In this document: positions 61,101 to 64,000 of the stretch, one piece after another
Layout: the number at the start of each line of letters is the position of its first letter
How positions within the stretch are numbered: position 1 is the first letter of the stretch
The notes under the pieces: generated by a model
Told to the model about the DNA's origin: nothing
The model's input: the letters and a program-made list of their open reading frames with translations, nothing else
The model's database searches: none
Source: Macrostomum hystrix
Taxonomy: Eukaryota > Animalia > Platyhelminthes
Assembly (NCBI GenBank): GCA_950097015.1
Contig: CATNEN010000001.1
Coordinates: forward strand, 24,738,001-24,802,000
Direction: 5' to 3'
DNA length: 64,000 nt
Program-made: the position numbers and the translations under genes

Positions 61101-64000
61101 CCGGACTACAACTTCGAGAAGGTCAACCGCGCCAGCGTTGCCTGCGGCCCCATGGTTAAATGGGCCATCGCCCAGATCAGCTACGCCGAGATGCTGCAGA
61201 AGGTCGAGCCGCTGAGGGCCGAGCTCAAGGCTCTTGAGGTGGAAGCCTCGGCAAATCGACAGAACGCCGAGGAGTGCCAGCGCGAGATCAGCCGCCTGGA
61301 GAAGAGCATCGCCAAGTACAAGGAGGAGTACGCCACCCTCATTAGCCAGGCTCAGGCTATCAAATCCGATCTGGCCTCCGTAGAGGCTAAGGTCAGCCGA
61401 TCTGTCGCTTTGCTATCGTCGCTTAGCAACGAAAAGAAGCGTTGGGAGAACGGCTCCGACGCGTTCAAAGCTCAAATGGAGACCATTGTTGGCGACTGTC
61501 TGCTTAGCTCGGCTTTCATGGCCTACGCTGGCTACTTTGATCAGCAGATGCGTACCACACTCTTCACCACCTGGTCTCATCACCTGCAGCAGGCTAATAT
61601 CAAGTACAGAGGCGATCTGGCTAGGGTTGAAGTGAGTCAGCGCACGCTTCTGCTATTATTTCTTGTTGCTATCGGTAGCTTTCTAATCGCATCCTCTTTT
61701 TTTTATCTCAAATTCCGAATCCTGATGAATCCAGTGAGCCGAAATGTGTATGACAAACTGCTCAGGTTAGACCACTAGATGCAATAGACTTTAGGTCATT
61801 AGATCTAATGATTCTGAAAAGCTTCTGTTTAGTCTCAAATCAAACTCGGCTGAAGCGTCTCGATGGAGCAGCGTTTGAGACCATTTTGAGCATGTTTACA
61901 CCATTGTGTTTAAAATTTCGTACTGAATGTAGTACTCGACATTCCAAACTCCTAAAATAAATTAATATAAAATGGTAGTTTTTCAGAACCTTGAGCACAT
62001 TGTGAGCCGCACTTGCTGCTCCTTTGGATTTATCTGGATAGCTCTATCATTGTTTTTCATATGCCACATTGGATCCCATTAATTAGACTAACGAATGATG
62101 CATAAAGTAGTGGACCGATTAGGCCTTTTAAAAAATAATGGGCCAATTTCAAGATGAGGTAATACTTATAATAAAATCTGATATCAGTTTGTTAAGGCTC
62201 GATTATTTGTCAACTAGACAATTGATTCCTATTTACCGAATGCTAATTAAACTTCTCCCTTGCAGTACCTGTCGAATCCTGACGAGCGACTCCGCTGGAC
62301 CTCCAACGCGCTGCCCTCCGACGACCTGTGCGTTGAGAACGCCATCATCCTGAAGCGATTCAATCGCTATCCGCTCATCATCGATCCGTCTGGCCAGGCC
62401 ACCGAGTTCATCGCCAACGAGTACAAGGGCAAGAAGATCACCCGGACCAGCTTCCTTGACGACGCCTTCCGCAAGACTCTGGAATCTGCTCTGCGCTTTG
62501 GCACCCCGCTTCTAGTGCAGGATGTGGAGAGCTACGATCCCATACTCAATCCAGTACTCAATAGGGAGGTCCGACGCACCGGCGGTCGCACCCTCATGAC
62601 GCTTGGAGATCAGGTATCATTAGCTATTTGTGCGATAATAAATGGCCTGTTTTGTGTGATAGTGAGTAGGTAGTCAAGTGGGATAATTAGAAGGTAGTTA
62701 ATTAGTGGGATAATAAATAGGCAGTTCAGTGGGATAATGAGTAGGCAGTTTAGTGGGATAATGAGTAGGCAGTTTAGTGGGATAATGAGTGGGCAGTTTA
62801 GTGGGATAATGAGTAGGCAGTTTAGTGGGATAATGAGTGGGCAGTTTAGTGGGATAATGAGTAGGCAGTTTAGTGGGATAATGAGTAGGCAGTTTAATAG
62901 GATAATTAATAAACAGTTATGTGGGATAATGAATATGTTGAGAAAGCCGGTATAATATAAGATAATATAATATAAGAAAAACACTAACCCGTACTTCACA
63001 ATAAACCCGCAGGACATCGACCTGTCGCCAACCTTCACCATCTTCCTATCGACTCGCGACCCATCCGTTGACTTCCCGCCGGATCTGTGCTCGCGCGTCA
63101 CTTTTGTCAACTTCACTGTGACTCGGAGCTCACTGCAGAATCAGTGCCTTAACGCTGTCCTGCAGGCTGAGCGACCCGATGTGGACAAGAAGCGCGGCGA
63201 CCTGCTGCGGATGCAGGGCGAGTTCCAGGCCCGACTGCGCCAGCTGGAGCAGGAGCTGCTGCGGGCTCTCAGCGCCGCCCAGGGCAACATTCTCAATGAT
63301 GACGCAATCATTACTCAGCTGGAGACGCTGAAGAAGGAGGCTGCCGAAGTGTCCGCTAAGGCAGCGGAGGCCGACCAGGTGAGAATAGTTCTGAGTCTGT
63401 GTAATTCAAACTAAACTAACTAAACTGGGACGCGTTGTAGCCTAATGCTTAGAGGACTCACCATTTTAAGGTCGGAGGTTCTATTCCCGTCATTTAGCAA
63501 GATACTTAACTCTGCATGGCTTCAGTTCCCCAGTACCCATTTAACAGCTGCATTAGCTGGGGGTAATTGAGGGTGGGTGTGGCGTCCCCCCAGTCCATGG
63601 ACTGAACAGCCGTACGCAGCTTTCAGATGCGCCACGCAGTGTTGTCGGTTGCATATCTGATCTGATTGGGGCCGATTTAATTAATTATTATTTATAATTC
63701 AACTATTTACATTTTTTACATTTACATTTTAGAATAAACATTTCTTAATGTTTTGTTTCCTCTACTACTTCCCAGGTCATGGAGGAGGTGGACACCGTCA
63801 GCCGTCAGTACCAGCCGTTGGCGCAGAGCTGCTCGGCCATTTTCTTCACTTTGGAAGGCCTCAGCCAGCTGCACTCGCTCTATCACTACTCGCTGCAGTT
63901 CTTCCTGTCTATGTTTAACGCCGCCCTGCACACCCAGGGCCTTCAGGGTCTGACAGAGCCAGCTAAACGACTGGAAGTGATCACAGCCTCTCTGTTCCGT
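39914..64000 (+). CDS. DYNC1H1: Cytoplasmic dynein 1 heavy chain, spliced, 3'-truncated by the window
   Basis: Exons 39914-40154, 44042-44129, 44230-44403, 46006-46261, 48645-49304, 49408-56490, 56622-56945, 57618-58049, 58399-58969, [59471-59666 or 59786-59981], 61058-61631, 62266-62613, 63013-63378, 63776-end. P-loops [32 protein letters not shown]; dynein-1 tail motifs [13 protein letters not shown] and [13 protein letters not shown]. Confidence 0.97.
40769..42253. mobile_element. AT-rich non-autonomous TIR DNA transposon relic, ~1.5 kb
   Basis: Inverted termini AGCTGGGTAATTCCATAAGA / TCTCATGGAATTAGCCAGCT; internal repeated ACGACC(A/G)TCA motifs. Confidence 0.65.
44042..46261 (+). CDS. 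DYNC1H1: DYNC1H1 exons 2-4 (44042-44129, 44230-44403, 46006-46261)
   Basis: [21 protein letters not shown]; [15 protein letters not shown]; phases 1/2/2/0 consistent. Confidence 0.9.
46291..47210. mobile_element. Second, diverged copy of the 34630 MITE, interrupted by another element
   Basis: ttaacagt terminus; shared tttgtgagcagaa...tgcctat and ttgaatatctcgac...gttttgtgattctgga blocks. Confidence 0.6.
46646..47065. mobile_element. CCC...GGG-terminated MITE with 2-bp (TT) TSD, possibly CACTA/EnSpm-type
   Basis: Termini cccgctaaaaaat / attttttacaggg; internal 22-bp inverted repeat 46851-46872 vs 46909-46930. Confidence 0.55.
47899..48266 (+). mobile_element. SINE family 1, full length
   Basis: Perfect 12-bp TSD ATGCTTGGGACC (47887-47898 / 48267-48278), (ATT)n tail. 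Confidence 0.93.
48645..49304 (+). CDS. DYNC1H1: DYNC1H1 exon 5 (tail)
   Basis: [24 protein letters not shown]...HEQLRQ. Confidence 0.95.
49408..56490 (+). CDS. DYNC1H1: DYNC1H1 exon 6, 7083 nt (tail, linker, AAA1-AAA3)
   Basis: ORF 49513..56589; starts VIVRVLRP, ends cag|gtaatt. Confidence 0.97.
56622..58969 (+). CDS. DYNC1H1: DYNC1H1 exons 7-9 (56622-56945, 57618-58049, 58399-58969): AAA4 and stalk CC1
   Basis: GVSGAGKT; [18 protein letters not shown]; coiled coil ending [10 protein letters not shown]. Confidence 0.95.
57015..57512. repeat. Degenerate ~36-bp tandem repeat (GGATTAGATTTAAAATGGGGATCTG...)
   Basis: Motif recurs through the intron. Confidence 0.8.
59088..59320 (+). mobile_element. 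Degenerate SINE family 1 remnant
   Basis: gtggcagagcg, gattccgcggcgaggccacattt, aattgcctcct, tail. Confidence 0.6.
59471..59666 (+). CDS. DYNC1H1: DYNC1H1 exon 10A, microtubule-binding domain variant A
   Basis: taag acceptor, AG|gtgagc donor, 196 nt, phase 1-2. Confidence 0.9.
59786..59981 (+). CDS. DYNC1H1: DYNC1H1 exon 10B, microtubule-binding domain variant B
   Basis: tatag acceptor, CC|gtaagt donor, 196 nt, phase 1-2. Confidence 0.9.
60618..60899. repeat. 32-bp minisatellite (GACAAATGACCCCCTTCCCCAGCTTCCTTGCT), about 9 copies
   Basis: Period 32 (60621/60653). Confidence 0.95.
61058..64000 (+). CDS. DYNC1H1: DYNC1H1 exons 11-14 (61058-61631, 62266-62613, 63013-63378, 63776-end): end of MTBD, CC2, AAA5, buttress
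   Basis: [35 protein letters not shown]; [12 protein letters not shown]; [11 protein letters not shown]. Confidence 0.95.
62660..62935. repeat. 24-bp minisatellite (AGTGGGATAATGAGTAGGCAGTTT)
   Basis: Seen directly. Confidence 0.9.
63427..63700 (+). mobile_element. SINE family 2 (CORE-like), uninterrupted diverged copy
   Basis: tagcctaatgcttaga head, agcaagatacttaactc, and shared gagggtgggtgtggcgtccccccagtccatggactg block. Confidence 0.72.

Overview
Eukaryotic (metazoan invertebrate) genomic DNA with GT-AG introns, GC-rich exons, and introns dense in minisatellites, SINEs and MITEs. The style resembles a free-living flatworm such as Macrostomum, but I cannot establish the species. There are three genes. 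(1) The 3' part of a multi-PDZ scaffold gene (MPDZ/MUPP1-PATJ family, + strand, 508-36739) with ten PDZ domains matching MPDZ PDZ4-13. (2) A small intronless Rdx-family (SelW/MIEN1-like) gene on the - strand (38169-38516) whose protein has no Cys or Sec. (3) Cytoplasmic dynein-1 heavy chain (+ strand, 39914 to beyond the window end). The best find is in dynein: two tandem exons of exactly 196 nt (59471-59666 and 59786-59981), same phases and about 39% identical, each encoding the first part of the microtubule-binding domain. They look like mutually exclusive exons that swap the microtubule-contacting surface, and the intron between them has a layout suggesting steric exclusion. Also notable: mutually complementary minisatellite arrays flanking MPDZ exons, candidate alternative N- and C-termini of MPDZ, and nested SINE and MITE insertions. 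All exon boundaries were read by eye and need transcript confirmation.
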